DNA of 64,000 bases from Narcine bancroftii (GCF_036971445.1 NC_091478.1:91822001-91886000), one strand, 5' to 3'. Shown: positions 1-10,935, numbered from the stretch's first letter. The notes: generated by a model not told the origin, from the sequence alone. Numbers and translations: made by a program.

Positions 1-631
1 CAGGCTTTGGTGCTTGAAAGGTAAACGGTTACCACTCAAGAAAGTTCTCGTCAGTTTTCAGAGAGAGATTTGTTGTTCGCTAGACACAAACTGATTCCTT
101 CTAATCAGCAACGTCAGTGTCTTGCCAAACAAAATTGCCTCATCAGGGTTTTCAGGATGATAACCTCTTTCTTGCAGGTCACCACAGAGTTCCTTTTTGT
201 TTCTCTTATTTCAAGTGAAACATTAGGCAGCCAGTCCTCTTCTCTTGTACGTACTACAAGGGCTTTGACCAGGCTGAACTAAGAACTCACAACCCATCTT
301 CAAAATGGGGTTTTTCCATAAGTTTGCCAGCTTGTCCTGTTCCAGTCCTCGCTGCTGCTGCTGAACTGTAGAATTCACTCTCTCTCTAAACCCTGTTTGC
401 CTCTGTTTGCAAAACCTCCTAGAACAGCCCAACAGCACTCAGACAGACTGTAGCTCCAAACCTAATCCTCCAAGTTCTTTCATCTGTTGCTTTTCAAAAC
501 AACAATTCATTAGTGAAGTCTCTATTGGAACTTCCCAAAGCTTTTGCAAAGGCACTCGGACCCGGCCTGTCTGGCCTGAGCAGAGCTCCAGTATTTTAAA
601 TGAGATCTGTTTCAAAGTGTTTGTGTGTGAC

Positions 632-690
632 CTTCTTCTTCTTCTTCTCTTCTTTGGCTTGGCTTCGCGGACGAAGATTTATGGAGGGGT
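632..690 (-). mobile_element. RTE-clade LINE, extreme 3' end with (GAA)n tail
   Basis: tttggcttggcttcgcggacgaagatttatggagggg is identical to copies at about 739, 3972 and 46738; preceded by (ctt)n, the GAA microsatellite tail on the minus strand. Confidence 0.75.
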
Positions 691-732
691 AAAAAAAAAC
701 CTGCCACAATTGATCTCCTTTAAAACATATCT

Positions 733-1083
733 ATCTTCTTTGGCTTGGCTTCGCGGACGAAGATTTATGGAGGGGGTAAAAAGTCCACGTCAGCTGCAGG
801 CTCGTTTGTGGCTGACAAGTCCGATGCGGGACAGGCAGACACGGTTGCAGCGGTTGCAGGGGAAAATTGGTTGGTTGGGGTTGTGTGTTGGGTTTTTCCT
901 CCTTTGCCTTTTGTCAGTGAGGTGGGCTCTGCGGTCTTCTTCAAAGGAGGTTGCTGCCCGCCAAACTGTGAGGCGCCAAGATGCACGGTTTGAGGCGTTA
1001 TCAGCCCACTGGCGGTGGTCAATGTGGCAGGCACCAAGAGATTTCTTTAGGCAGTCCTTGTACCTTTTCTTTGGTGCACCTCT
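733..1083 (-). mobile_element. 5'-truncated young RTE-clade LINE (ORF C-terminus plus 3' UTR)
   Basis: Open frame RGAPKKRYKDCLKKSL...W...ASNRASWR...CNRCNRVCLSRIGLVSHKRACS* matches the typical RTE C-terminus with a CxxC..H..C motif. Confidence 0.85.
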
Positions 1084-1649
1084 ACAATTAAAAAACAACA
1101 TAATCTGTCACAATACCTTGCTTTATTTTCAATCTTATCTCCAACTGATTAGGATGTGGGTTCAAGCTCAACTCTTGAAAACTTCCAATGCAGTTCTAGG
1201 GGTGCATTTAAAGCAAGAGGCATCATCTTTTAGAAGAAATATTAAGCTAAGGTCTGGTCTTTATTTTCAAGTGCACATAAAAGTTTCCTTTGCACTCTTA
1301 ACATTTATAAAATTATGATGACTTTTCTCCTGTTTATAGAATCAAGCAGTTTGCAAATTGTCCGTAAAGCTTATACACCAAAGGTATATTTCAAAAGAAT
1401 GTGATTGTAAAATTCTCTGCTATAGTGTGAGATCAAGAAAAGCATCTGGCGAGTATTGCAGAAAGTTTTTACCTTTCCCTACTTTGCTCATGGCAACGGA
1501 GATATTGGTACATTTCACAAACCATGCACTACAGCTTATGAAATATTAATTTCATCAACTAATTCTATGGCAAACTATCTTTTGAAACATCTGTGAATAG
1601 ATGGTGCATCAGTAGCAGTGCAAACAAAATATGATATTTTAGAAAACAC

Positions 1650-1776
1650 CTTCCTCTCCTCTCTCACCTTTTTATTCAGGCTTCTCTGCCTGTTTTTGCT
1701 TTTACTTGACCAAGGGCCCAGGCCCAAAACTTGCATTACACTTTACTTCCTATGGATACTGTGTAACCTGCTGAGT
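1650..1776 (+). mobile_element. Penelope-like element terminal repeat remnant
   Basis: ttgaccaagggcccaggcccaaaac...acctgctgagt is the same terminal motif found next to GIY-YIG remnants at 20.7, 24.4 and 59 kb. Confidence 0.5.
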
Positions 1777-2230
1777 GGACAGGTGGCACAGTTAAAGAGG
1801 GATGGCACAGTTAACGAGTGGTGGCATGGTTAGCAGAGGGATGGCACAGTTCATGGGGGCACGGCACGGTTAACAGAGGGATGGCACAGTTAATGGGACA
1901 GCATGGTTGGAAGAGGGATGGCAGTTCATGGGGCACAGTTCATGGAGGGATGGCCTGTTAACTGGGGCAGCACAGTTAGTAGAGGGACGGCATGATTAAC
2001 AGAGGGGCAGCACGGTAAATGGGGGCAGAGCTCGCTGAGGCTAACAGAAGGGTGGCACGTTCAACGGGGGCAGCAAGGTTAGCAGAGGGCAGCACAGTGA
2101 GTGGAGGGTTCAGCCAATAGTGACTCCAGGTTCAAATCCGGAGCTGCCTGTCTGGAGTGTTTGTGGTGTCCTCCCACCCTTCGAAAGGTTGGAGGTTCTA
2201 ATAGAGCGGCAGGGGCTCGTGGGTTGAAAC
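1777..2230 (+). repeat. Degenerate tandem repeat (ggcacagttaacagagggat-like) running into a tRNA-derived V-SINE remnant
   Basis: More than 10 imperfect ggcac(a/g)gtt units at 1777-2100, then B-box ggttcaaatcc and ggagtgtttg...ctccc as in the SINE copies at 18.4 and 39.3 kb. Confidence 0.6.
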
Positions 2231-2383
2231 GTGCATCGCACGTGGGCCACAAGAGCAGCGGAGCCGTGGCCCCGAGTCGGGGATTAACCGGGGGGATTCC
2301 GCTCCGGGGAGAGAACCGAGAGGAAGCTCGTGATTGTCCCAGCGCATTCCTCACCCTGTCAGGCCGGTTTCCCACCCACCCCA

Positions 2384-2630
2384 CTTCATACTTACAGACA
2401 GAGACAAGCCCCCCCCCCACCCCTTCATGCTTACAGACACAAAACCCTCCCCCCACCCCCTTCATACTTACAGAGACAAGCCCCCCCCACCCCCTTCATA
2501 CTTACAGACAGAGACAAGCCCCCCCCTTCATACTTAGACACAGAGACAAGCCCCCACCCCCTTCATGCTTACAGACACAGAGACAAGCCCCCCCCCCACC
2601 CCCTTCATACTTACAGACACAGAGACAAGC
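2384..2630 (-). repeat. Minisatellite, 7 units of about 32-42 bp, derived from the SLC7A5 exon1/intron1 junction
   Basis: Unit on minus strand is GCTTGTCTCTG(TG)TCT|GTAAG(T/C)ATGAAGGGGGTGGGG; units start near 2384, 2423, 2460, 2494, 2526, 2561 and 2603 on +. Confidence 0.95.
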
Positions 2631-3185
2631 CACCAGTTTGGCGGCGTCTTCGGGCACGGCGCAGTTGGGGAAGGCGGGCTTGAGGATGTACGTGGCGAAG
2701 ACCAAGGCCACGATGTACTGCGAGCTGGGCCGAATGATGAGCAGCTCGATCCAGAGTTTGAGGAAAGCCGTGGCCGAGCCGTACACCTCCAGGATGTACG
2801 CGTAGTCGCCGCCCGACTTCATGATGGTGGTGCCCAGCTCGGCGTAGCACAGCGCGCCGATGGTGGAGAAGACGCCGCAGACGGTCCAGATGATGAGCGA
2901 GAAGCCCACCGAGCCGGCCTCCTGCACCACGCCGGTGGGGGTGACGAAGATGCCCGAGCCGATGATGGTCCCCACGATGATGGCCACCCCGTTCCTCAGC
3001 GTGATGGTCCGCTTCAGGGTCATGTCGGTTGCTTGGCCCGGATCTGCGGCTGGGTCCCGGCTCGGGCTCGGGCTCGTCCCCGGCTCCCCATTCGCGCTGC
3101 CCGTCAACATCCTCTCCTTCACCTGCTCATCGTCCGGCGCCACCTCCTGCGCTGAACCCGAGCCCCGCTTCTTCAAACTCGACAT
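2615..3185 (-). CDS. SLC7A5: L-type amino acid transporter 1 (LAT1), coding exon 1 (190 codons + 1 nt)
   Basis: MSSLKKR...[31 protein letters not shown]...[27 protein letters not shown]...[34 protein letters not shown]...[10 protein letters not shown] closely matches LAT1. Ends at a phase-1 T|GTAAGT donor at the same place as mammalian exon 1. Neighbour CA5 supports orthology. Confidence 0.96.
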
Positions 3186-3700
3186 GGGGGTCGCCGATTC
3201 CGTCTCCGATGCTCCGTGGGCTGGAGAGGCGTCGCCGATGCTCGGTGGTCGCTCCCTGCTCTCGCCCGTCTGCAACTGGCCACGACCTGCTTGTTCCCAC
3301 CTTCAAAAGCCAGATCGGGCCAAGTTGAGCCCCCTTGGAGTCCTCCTCCCTCTCACCGTCATTCAGAGCCCGGAACTCGCGATGATGCAACACTTGGGCC
3401 GATCAATCAGCGCGTGGCTGCGGGGTCGCTCCATTCACAATCGCGGCTCCCACCACGTGCTCTCAAAGTTGCCACAAATGTTACCTTTTGGAGATGGCAT
3501 TCACTTCTGCCAATGGGTCGTCGGGTTTGAGAATGCAGGCGGTATATTCAGCTGTAGAATACAGACCGGGGTTGGTGGAGGAGGAGGGGGGGAACATATG
3601 GGAAATAGCATGTCGTGAACAATAAACAGAAATGCACGTTATTATGTTCTGATGAAAGCCCATTGCATCATCCAACCAAAGAGCCTCCTTACTGCAAATC
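3186..3700 (-). promoter_or_regulatory. SLC7A5 CpG-rich 5' UTR/promoter with candidate C/EBP-ATF (ATF4) elements and an E-box
   Basis: CpG-dense from about 2640 to 3560; TGATGCAA 3383-3390, CACGTG 3454-3459, ATTGCATCA 3662-3670. TSS not determinable. Confidence 0.7.
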
Positions 3701-3971
3701 CACTGTCACGAAGAATTGGACAGCGAACCGTTTTTATTCAACATGTCAAAAGAACGCCTGACGTTTCTAATTTTCTCTCTCTACCTTTTTAAAATGTACT
3801 ATTTCAAGACAAGGTGAAGAACTCCGAATTACAATTACAGCATCTGCACACTTCCTTGAGGAGCTGCAGAAATGCAAGCATGTTCCTCAATTGGGTTTCA
3901 GTTCTTCGTGGCGTCACGAGGCAAAAATGCCCTCTGCTCATCCCCATTCCATGGATACCATCAGACTTGAC

Positions 3972-4108
3972 TTTGGCTTGGCTTCGCGGACGAAGATTTA
4001 TGGAGGGGGTAAAAGTCCACGTCAGCTGCAGGCTCGTTTGTGGCTGACAAGTCCGATGCGGGACAGGCAGACACGGTTGCAGCGGCTGCAGGGGAAAATT
4101 GGTTGGTT
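3972..4108 (-). mobile_element. 5'-truncated RTE LINE 3' fragment
   Basis: Near-identical to 739-876. Confidence 0.85.
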
Positions 4109-4204
4109 AGAGATCCAACATGGATACCACCAGAGATACAACTAGAAAAATGCCCTCTGCTCATCCCCATTCCATGGATACCACCAGAGATCCAACATGG
4201 ATAC

Positions 4205-4777
4205 TGTGAGGGATACTGGAATGTTAGGAGTCCAGAGATACTGGAAGCAAGTGGCAATTAAGAATAAAGTATTATGGGTTAACTTAAGGTGAAGGGATAC
4301 TGGAATGTGAGGAGTCAAGCAAGTGCTCATTAGAGAATAAAGTATTATGGGTTAAATCAGGGTGAAGGGATGCTGGAATGAGAGGAAGGGTTGTAAAACT
4401 AAGGATCTTCAAAGCAGGATAACAAGTAGATAGCTTTAGCAAGTCTTAGGGATTGATTAATGAGTGAAGAACAAAGACATGATACTTTTCTAGCTAACAA
4501 GTTTGCAGGAAGACACATAAACTGATAAGAAGTTAGAATCCACGTGGGCAGAATTACCTAATGCTAAACCAATCCAGGAGGCAGAAGAATGTTGGGGGGG
4601 AAGGTATCTCTGTACTGAAATGAAATGTATAAAAGTTGGGTCAGCCCCAGTATCTGTGTGTATTCCCAGGGTAAGGGGAAGCACCCAACTTTACATTGTT
4701 GTAATAGTATAATAAAAGTTCTTTGTTCTCAATTTTTGTCTCGAGCAAATTCTGTGAAGGTACTTCTGTTTCTCACA
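4205..4777 (+). mobile_element. Solo LTR (573 bp) of an LTR retrotransposon/ERV
   Basis: Termini TGTGAG...CTCACA (perfect 6-bp inverted repeat); 5-bp TSD GATAC (4200-4204, 4778-4782); internal direct repeats, then CCAAT (about 4569), TATAAAA (about 4628) and AATAAA (about 4711) in the expected order. Confidence 0.88.
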
Positions 4778-5279
4778 GATACCACCAGAGATGCAACTAG
4801 AAAAATGCCCTCTGCTCATCCCCATTCCATGGATACCACCAGAGATACAACTAGAAAAATGCCCTCTGCTCATCCCCATTCCATGGATACCACCAGTGAT
4901 ACAACTAGAAAAATGCCCTCTGCTCATCCCTATTCCATGGATACCACCAGAGATACAACTAGAAAAATGCCCTCTGCTCATCCCCATTCCTTGGATACCA
5001 CCAGAGATCCAACATGGTTACCACCAGAGATACAACTAGAAAAATGCCCTCTGCTCATCCCCATTCCATGGATACCACCAGAGATACAACTAGAAAATGC
5101 CCTCTGCTCATCCCCATTCTATGGATACCACCAGAGATACAACATGGATACCACCAGAGATCTAACTAGGAAGTTAGTCTTGACCCCTGCTAGATGAATC
5201 CTAACCAAGTCTCTGAAATAGGAATGAGCAGAGGGCATTTTTGCCTCGTGATGCCATGCGAAGAACTGAAACCCAAGTT

Positions 5280-5450
5280 TGCAGATGCTGTATTTGTTGC
5301 TTCATACACAAAAGAGCTGGAGGAACTCAGCAGGCCATGCAGAGTTCTTCATGGTAAAGATGTATAATCAACATTTGGGACCTGAGGCCTTAGTCAAGAT
5401 ATGAGCAAAAATCAGGCAGGCACCTGAATAAAACGGTGGTTGTCTAATGC
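5280..5450 (-). mobile_element. Penelope-like terminal repeat remnant
   Basis: tgcagatgctg...gctggaggaactcagcaggcc...aacatttgggacctgaggccttagtcaag is the reverse of the recurrent PLE terminus. Confidence 0.55.
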
Positions 5451-5499
5451 ACGAAGGTGTATCTATGCATCTGGATCGAAGGATGTCCCCAGAAAGTGA

Positions 5500-8400
5500 A
5501 GGATTATTGTGTATTATTAATGTATGGTAATTTCCTCTAATCTTCGTCAATATGTAGCTGAGAAAAATGGTGAGAGAGCTAGATGAGGAAGAAGGAAACT
5601 TACAGAAGGCCTTAGAAAGCAAAATACAAGAAGGGCTCATGAGAATTATCCAGTAGCCAGGAAAGAATTTAAGAAAGAACTTAAAGGAAACAGAAGAAGG
5701 TCTTGGCAAGTAGGATAAAGGAAAACCCTAAGGCATTTAAGGGAAGAACAAAAGGCTGATGAGCAAGGCTGCTCAAGAATAAAGGAGGAAACATGCCTGG
5801 AGGCAGAGGAGGTCCCAGATAAATATTTTGCTTCAGTGTTCACTAGAAGGATCTTGGCTAATGTGAGGTGAGTACAGCTTATGTTCTGGATTTCATTAAT
5901 TATATTGATTTAAGAAAGAGGAAGTGCTGGATCTTTTTATAATTTTTTTATTTAATACTTCACCATGAACCATGTTAATAACAATAAATACAAATATTCA
6001 TCATTAAACATTCATCATTAAACTTCCTCCCACCCTCTATAACTTAAAGCAAGAAATAAAAGAAAGAAAAATAAATAAACAGTAGAAGAACACAAAAGGA
6101 AGAAAAAAAAATTGTGTCGTCCAAAATTTCATATCTAAATATTTTCGTACTTGCATCTTATCACTTTCAGAGATGAGGTCTGAAATTTGCAGTTACTAAT
6201 ATACTCTATGTATGATTCCCAAATTTGTTCAAATAAAGTATATTTGTCTTTTAGATTGTAGGTAATTTTTTTCTAATAGACCATTGTTGTATTTTTAAGG
6301 TTGCTTCCGTTTTCCAAGTTATCATGATGCATTTTTTTGCTGCTGCGAGTGTGATCATAATAAATCTTTTTTGAGTCCTGTCTAATTTTAGGCCTCATTC
6401 TTTGTCTTTTATGCTGTTTAACAGGAAGATTTTGGGATCTTTTGATATCCTATTTTTTGTAATTCTATTTAATATTAGGTTTAAATCCTCCCAAAAAGTT
6501 TGCACTTTTGTACATGTCAAAATTACATGTAATGTCCTAATTTCTTGTTTACAATGGAAGAATTTGTCCGACATTGTTGGATTCCATTCTTTTAACTTTT
6601 GAGGTGTTACATACCTTAAACCCATTAAACAATGTCATCACACAATGAAAATGAACAAGAAATTTGTGTCTTCTACTTTTACATACTGGGTCAGTTCATT
6701 TCATCTTCTTCTCCTTCGGTCATTTTAGGCAGTGGAGGTCCGCCGTAGGACTTCTCTGTTGTGTCCCATGTACGGTTCCCAAATTTGTTCAAATACTGTG
6801 ATGTTATTTCTTCAATTATATGTTATTTTTTCCAATGGAATACATTTATTCTTTTCTATGTACCATTGCTGTACTCTCAGGCTTTCTTCTGATTTCCAGG
6901 TTGACATAATACATTTGTTTTGCTACAGCTAAGGCTATCATAATAAATCTTTTTTGTGCTCCATCCAAATCGAGTCCAAGTTCTTTACTTCTTATATTAC
7001 TTAGAAGAAAGCTCTCTGGATTTTTTGGTATGTTGCTTTTTGTGATTTTATTTAATACCTGGTTTAGATCTTCCCAAAATTTTTCCACTTTCTCACATGC
7101 CCAAATTGCATGTACTGTTGTTCCTGTTTCCTTCTTACAACAAAAACATCTGCTTGATAATGTTGGGTGAAATACATTAATCTTGATGCAGTTTACTCTC
7201 CCTATTAGTTAATGGTAAATCTTTCCATTTCTCTAAATCTTCCTGCATTTTTTTTAAATTAATGGTTGGTAGTTTAATTTATACAAATGATTTAAATTAT
7301 TATCTATTCTTGATACCAAGGTAACATATGGCCTGTGATAGCCATTTAAAAGGGGATTCCTTTTTACATTTTGTATAATTGACTTTGTTCATTGGCATCA
7401 CTTCACTTTTATCAATATTAACTTGCTACCTTGATATCGTCCCATATTCTTCCAATTTTGTATATAACCTTTTTATTGATTTATCTGGGACTGTTAAATA
7501 TACCATAATATCTTCCACAAATAAGCTCATTTTAAATTCTTCCTCTTTGACTTTTATTCCCTTTATTGCAGGTTACGGAAGTGCTGGATCTTGATATGTC
7601 TCTAGGTCGGATGAGATAGAACCCAGGTTACTATAGGAAGTGAGGGTAAAGATTCCTGGAGCTTTGGCAATGATCTTTGTGTCCTCCATGCCACAGGGGC
7701 GGTACCGGCGGATTGGAGAATAGCAAATGCGGTCACCTTGTTTAAAAAAGGTAATAAGGAGAATCCTGGGAATTATAGACCGGTGAGTCTTATGACAGTG
7801 GTGGGCAAACTATTGGAGAGGATTCTAAGGGTCAGGATTTTCAAGCATTTAGAGAAGTGTTGTCTTCTCAGGGATAGTCAGCATGGCTTTGTAAGTGGAA
7901 AAGGTTGTGCCTCATAAACCTAATTGAAGTTTTTGAGTAAGTACGAAAGAAATTGATGAAGGTAGGGCAGTAGATGTGTATATGGATTTTAGTAAGGCAT
8001 TTGACAAGGTTCCCTTTAGTGGACTCATTCATAAAGTCATGGGATCCATGGAACCTTTGCTACGTGGATTCAGAATTGGCTTTCCTGCAGGAAGCATAGG
8101 GTAGTAGTAGATGGAATGTATTCTGCCAGGAAGTTAATGACTAGTGGAATTCCACAATGCCCTGCACTTTCTGATTTTTATAAATGACCTGGATGAAGTA
8201 GTAGTGGGATGGGTTGGTAAATTTGCAGATGACATGAAGGTTGGAGGTGTTGTGGATAGTATAGAAGGTTGTCATTGGTTACAATGGAACATAGACAGGA
8301 TGCAGAGTTGGATGAAGAAGTAGCAGATGGAGTTCAATCTGTATAAGTGTTAAGTGATGCATTTTGAAAGGTCAAACTTGAAGACAGAGTTCATGATTAA

Positions 8401-8920
8401 TGGCAGGATTCTTAACAGTGTGGTAGAACAGAAGGACCAAATCCATAGATCTCTTGAGGGTGACAGGGTAGTTGAGAAGGCTTATGGTATGCTGGACTTC
8501 ATTAGTAGGGGGATTGAGAGAAGTAATGTTGCATCTCTATAAAACTCTGGTAAGACCACACTTTGAACATTGTGTTCAGTTTTGATCGGCTCAATTCAGG
8601 AAGAATGTGAAAACCATGGAGTGAGTACAGAGGAGATTTTCTAGGATGTTACCTGGATTGGAAAACATGTCTGATGAAGCAAGGTTACCAGAGTTAGGGC
8701 TTTTCTCTTTGTAGTGAAGAATGATGAGAGGTGTCTTAAAAGAGGTCTACAGGAATATGAGAGGCATAAATAGGGTGGAGAGCCAGCATCTTTTTCCAAG
8801 GGTGAGATTAGTAAACACCAGACAACATCTTACACAGAGAGTATTGGGAGCCTGGAATGCATTGCCAAGGGTGATGGTACAATAGGGATATTTAAAATAC
8901 TCTTAGAGCAGCACATGGGT
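5500..8920 (+). mobile_element. Decayed CR1 LINE ORF2, split by an L1-like insertion
   Basis: PGNYRPVSL (7765), MDFSKAFDKVP (7982), KFADD (8219) and the RPH..CVQF 3' region; many stops and frameshifts. Confidence 0.85.
5936..7576 (-). mobile_element. L1-like LINE 3' fragment with a second L1-like piece nested at about 6625-7170
   Basis: Flanked by a 16-bp TSD ggaagtgctggatctt (5920-5935, 7577-7592) with a T-rich tail at left. Translations TCTKVQTFWEDL and EKFWEDLNQVL...MIALAVAK are L1 ORF2 C-terminal motifs. Confidence 0.85.
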
Positions 8921-8934
8921 GAAAGTAAAACAAG

Positions 8935-9385
8935 GAAGTCTGCAGATGCTGTGATTGTAGCAAAAACACACAGAAATATTGGAGGAATTCAGCCAGTCTT
9001 GCAGTTTCCAGAGGATCAAAAGATGTGTTACGGATGTTTCAGGCCTGAGGAATAAGCAAGGAAAAGAAAGGTGTAAGAATAAAGACTGAATACTGGCTGG
9101 GGGAGGAGTCCAGACCAACAAAAGGTGTTAATTGGATATGATAAGAGGAGAGGTGTGAATTGATTTTGGCTCAGTGAAACGAGACACAGGAAAAAGGGAA
9201 AAGTGAGAGAGAGAAAGAGACTGACCTGGGGTGAAGTTAATGGAGGAAGAAGGGGCGGCTTTAACCTGAAACCAGAGAAGCCCAATGATACTGCCTCCAG
9301 TTGGAGAGTGTCCAGACGGAATATTGGATGTTCATTTTGTGGGTGGTCTCTCTAGCAGTGCATGAGACATGGACAGACTGAATCT
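8935..9385 (-). mobile_element. Penelope-like element 3' end/pLTR
   Basis: tgcagatgctg...ggaggaattcagcc terminus plus a HPIFRLDTLQ..GSI-like GIY-YIG tail on the minus strand. Confidence 0.65.
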
Positions 9386-9399
9386 ACATCATGAACTCT

Positions 9400-10935
9400 C
9401 ATTCTGAGCCTGATGACCCATAGCATTGAGCTTTGGACGCAGGTCTCCCCTTTGCCCCCAGCAATCTATGGGACTGAGCCCTTGACGCAAGCTCCCACCC
9501 TGTCCCTGGGGGGCCCACTGGGCCCTCCTGCTCCACCCTTTGACCGCCAACCTTCCCTCCCTTGAACTCAATTCTTGCCTGGTCTTCATCGTCACCTCCA
9601 ACCTTTCCCCTCTCAGACTCAGAATGCTCTTTCCTCAGTAGAGGTCTCACCTTCATCCCCCTTCACTCACACTTCAGCGAGTTCCTCGCATGCCATGATA
9701 CTGAACTCTTCTTCCATCATTTCCATACCTTCTACCACAAACATGATTCTCCACCCCACACTAAAAACCCTTTCTCCCGCATTAAACCTTTTTCCTCCTC
9801 CTGGACATCTTCTGTCTGCTTTGGACCTTTATATTTCCAACTGCCGCTGAATCATCAACCATATTGACTTTACTACTGCCTCAGTCATTCCAATCTCATT
9901 CCCTCGGAATGCCTGTCCCTCCACTCTCTCTGCACTAATCCTCACCTCACCATCAAACCCATAGACAAGGCTGGTGCTGTTGTGATCTGGTGCACTGACC
10001 TCCATCTGGCTGAAGCCAGACGACAACTCTCAGACACCTCCTCTTACTTACCCCTCCAACAGGACTCAACCAAAACTCATCAAAGTACTATCAGGCACCA
10101 TCTCTGAACTCATCAATTCCGGTTATCTCCCTGGCACAGCCTCCACCCTTATTGTATCCCAAACCTGCACCACCCATTTCTACCCCCTACCTAAGATGCA
10201 CTAACCCATTTGTCCTAGCAGACTCACTGAATTAGTCTTCGCTTCTTATAATTCTGTTTTGTCCCCCATGGTGCAGTCCCTCCCACCTACATCTGGAACA
10301 CTTCACACACCCTCCATCACTTCAACAACTTCCAGATCCCTGAACTCGATCGCTTCATATTTACCATGGACATCCAATCCCTATACACCTCCATACCCCA
10401 TACTGAAGGCCTCAAAGCCCTTCATTTCTTTCTGGACAATAGACCCAACCAGTTCCCCCTCTACCACCACCCTCCTCTGGCTGACAGAACTTGTTCTCAC
10501 CCTCAATAACTTCCTTTGACATCCCACTTTCTCCAGGTCAAAGGGTTTCCTTGGGAGCCCACATGGGCCTCAGTAATGCCTGTGTTTTTGTTGGCCACGT
10601 GGAGCAATCCATGCTACAAGCCTACACAGGCAAGGCCCCTCAACTCTTCCTCTGCTAGATCAATGACTCATGCAGCCACGATGAGCATAATGACTTCATC
10701 CGCTTTGCTGCCAACTTCCACCCCGACCTCAAACTCACTTGGTCCATCTCTAGCAGCACTCTCACATTCCTTGATTTGTCTTCATCTCAGGAGACACTTG
10801 ACAGACATCTTCCAGAAGCCCACCGATTCCCACAGCTACCTCGACTACACCATTTTCAACCCTGCCCACCCTGTCCATTCAAATCTCTTAATTCCTCCAA
10901 CTCAGTTGCAACTGCTTCTAGGACGAAGTCTTTCA
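9400..10935 (+). mobile_element. Penelope-like element RT remnant
   Basis: LSDSECSFLSRGLTFIP, TIKPIDKAGAVV, MDIQSLYTSIPHTEGLKAL, FLQVKG and KPTDSHSYLDY motifs. Confidence 0.85.

Larger units (their letters stand above)
1..1112 (-). mobile_element. Probable LTR-type repeat (begins TGTGACAG on minus strand), interrupted by two RTE fragments and running off the window
   Basis: Ends in ...ctgtcaca at 1112 (TG terminus on minus strand). Sequence reads continuously across the two RTE insertions. The other end is not visible, so the class is tentative. Confidence 0.3.
3923..5168 (+). repeat. 54-bp tandem array (about 8 copies) interrupted by an RTE fragment and a solo LTR
   Basis: Unit gataccaccagagatacaactagaaaaatgccctctgctcatccccattccatg; shows as the 18-aa repeat LEKCPLLIPIPWIPPEIQ in the ORF track. 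Confidence 0.93.

Noticed and set aside
407-1318. 303-aa plus-strand ORF
   Set aside because: Runs across LTR-like sequence and two antisense RTE inserts; no recognisable domain.
2502-3275. 257-aa ORF taken as the full LAT1 exon
   Set aside because: It starts at a non-ATG codon 30 codons upstream of the homologous Met, and its C-terminus is read-through into the intron minisatellite.
2101-3618. Long plus-strand ORFs overlapping SLC7A5 exon 1
   Set aside because: Antisense shadows of a GC-rich coding exon and of the repeat.
3923-5168. 54-bp array as a CRISPR-like array or repeat protein
   Set aside because: Units are contiguous with no unique spacers and no cas genes; eukaryotic context; the ORFs arise because 54 is a multiple of 3.
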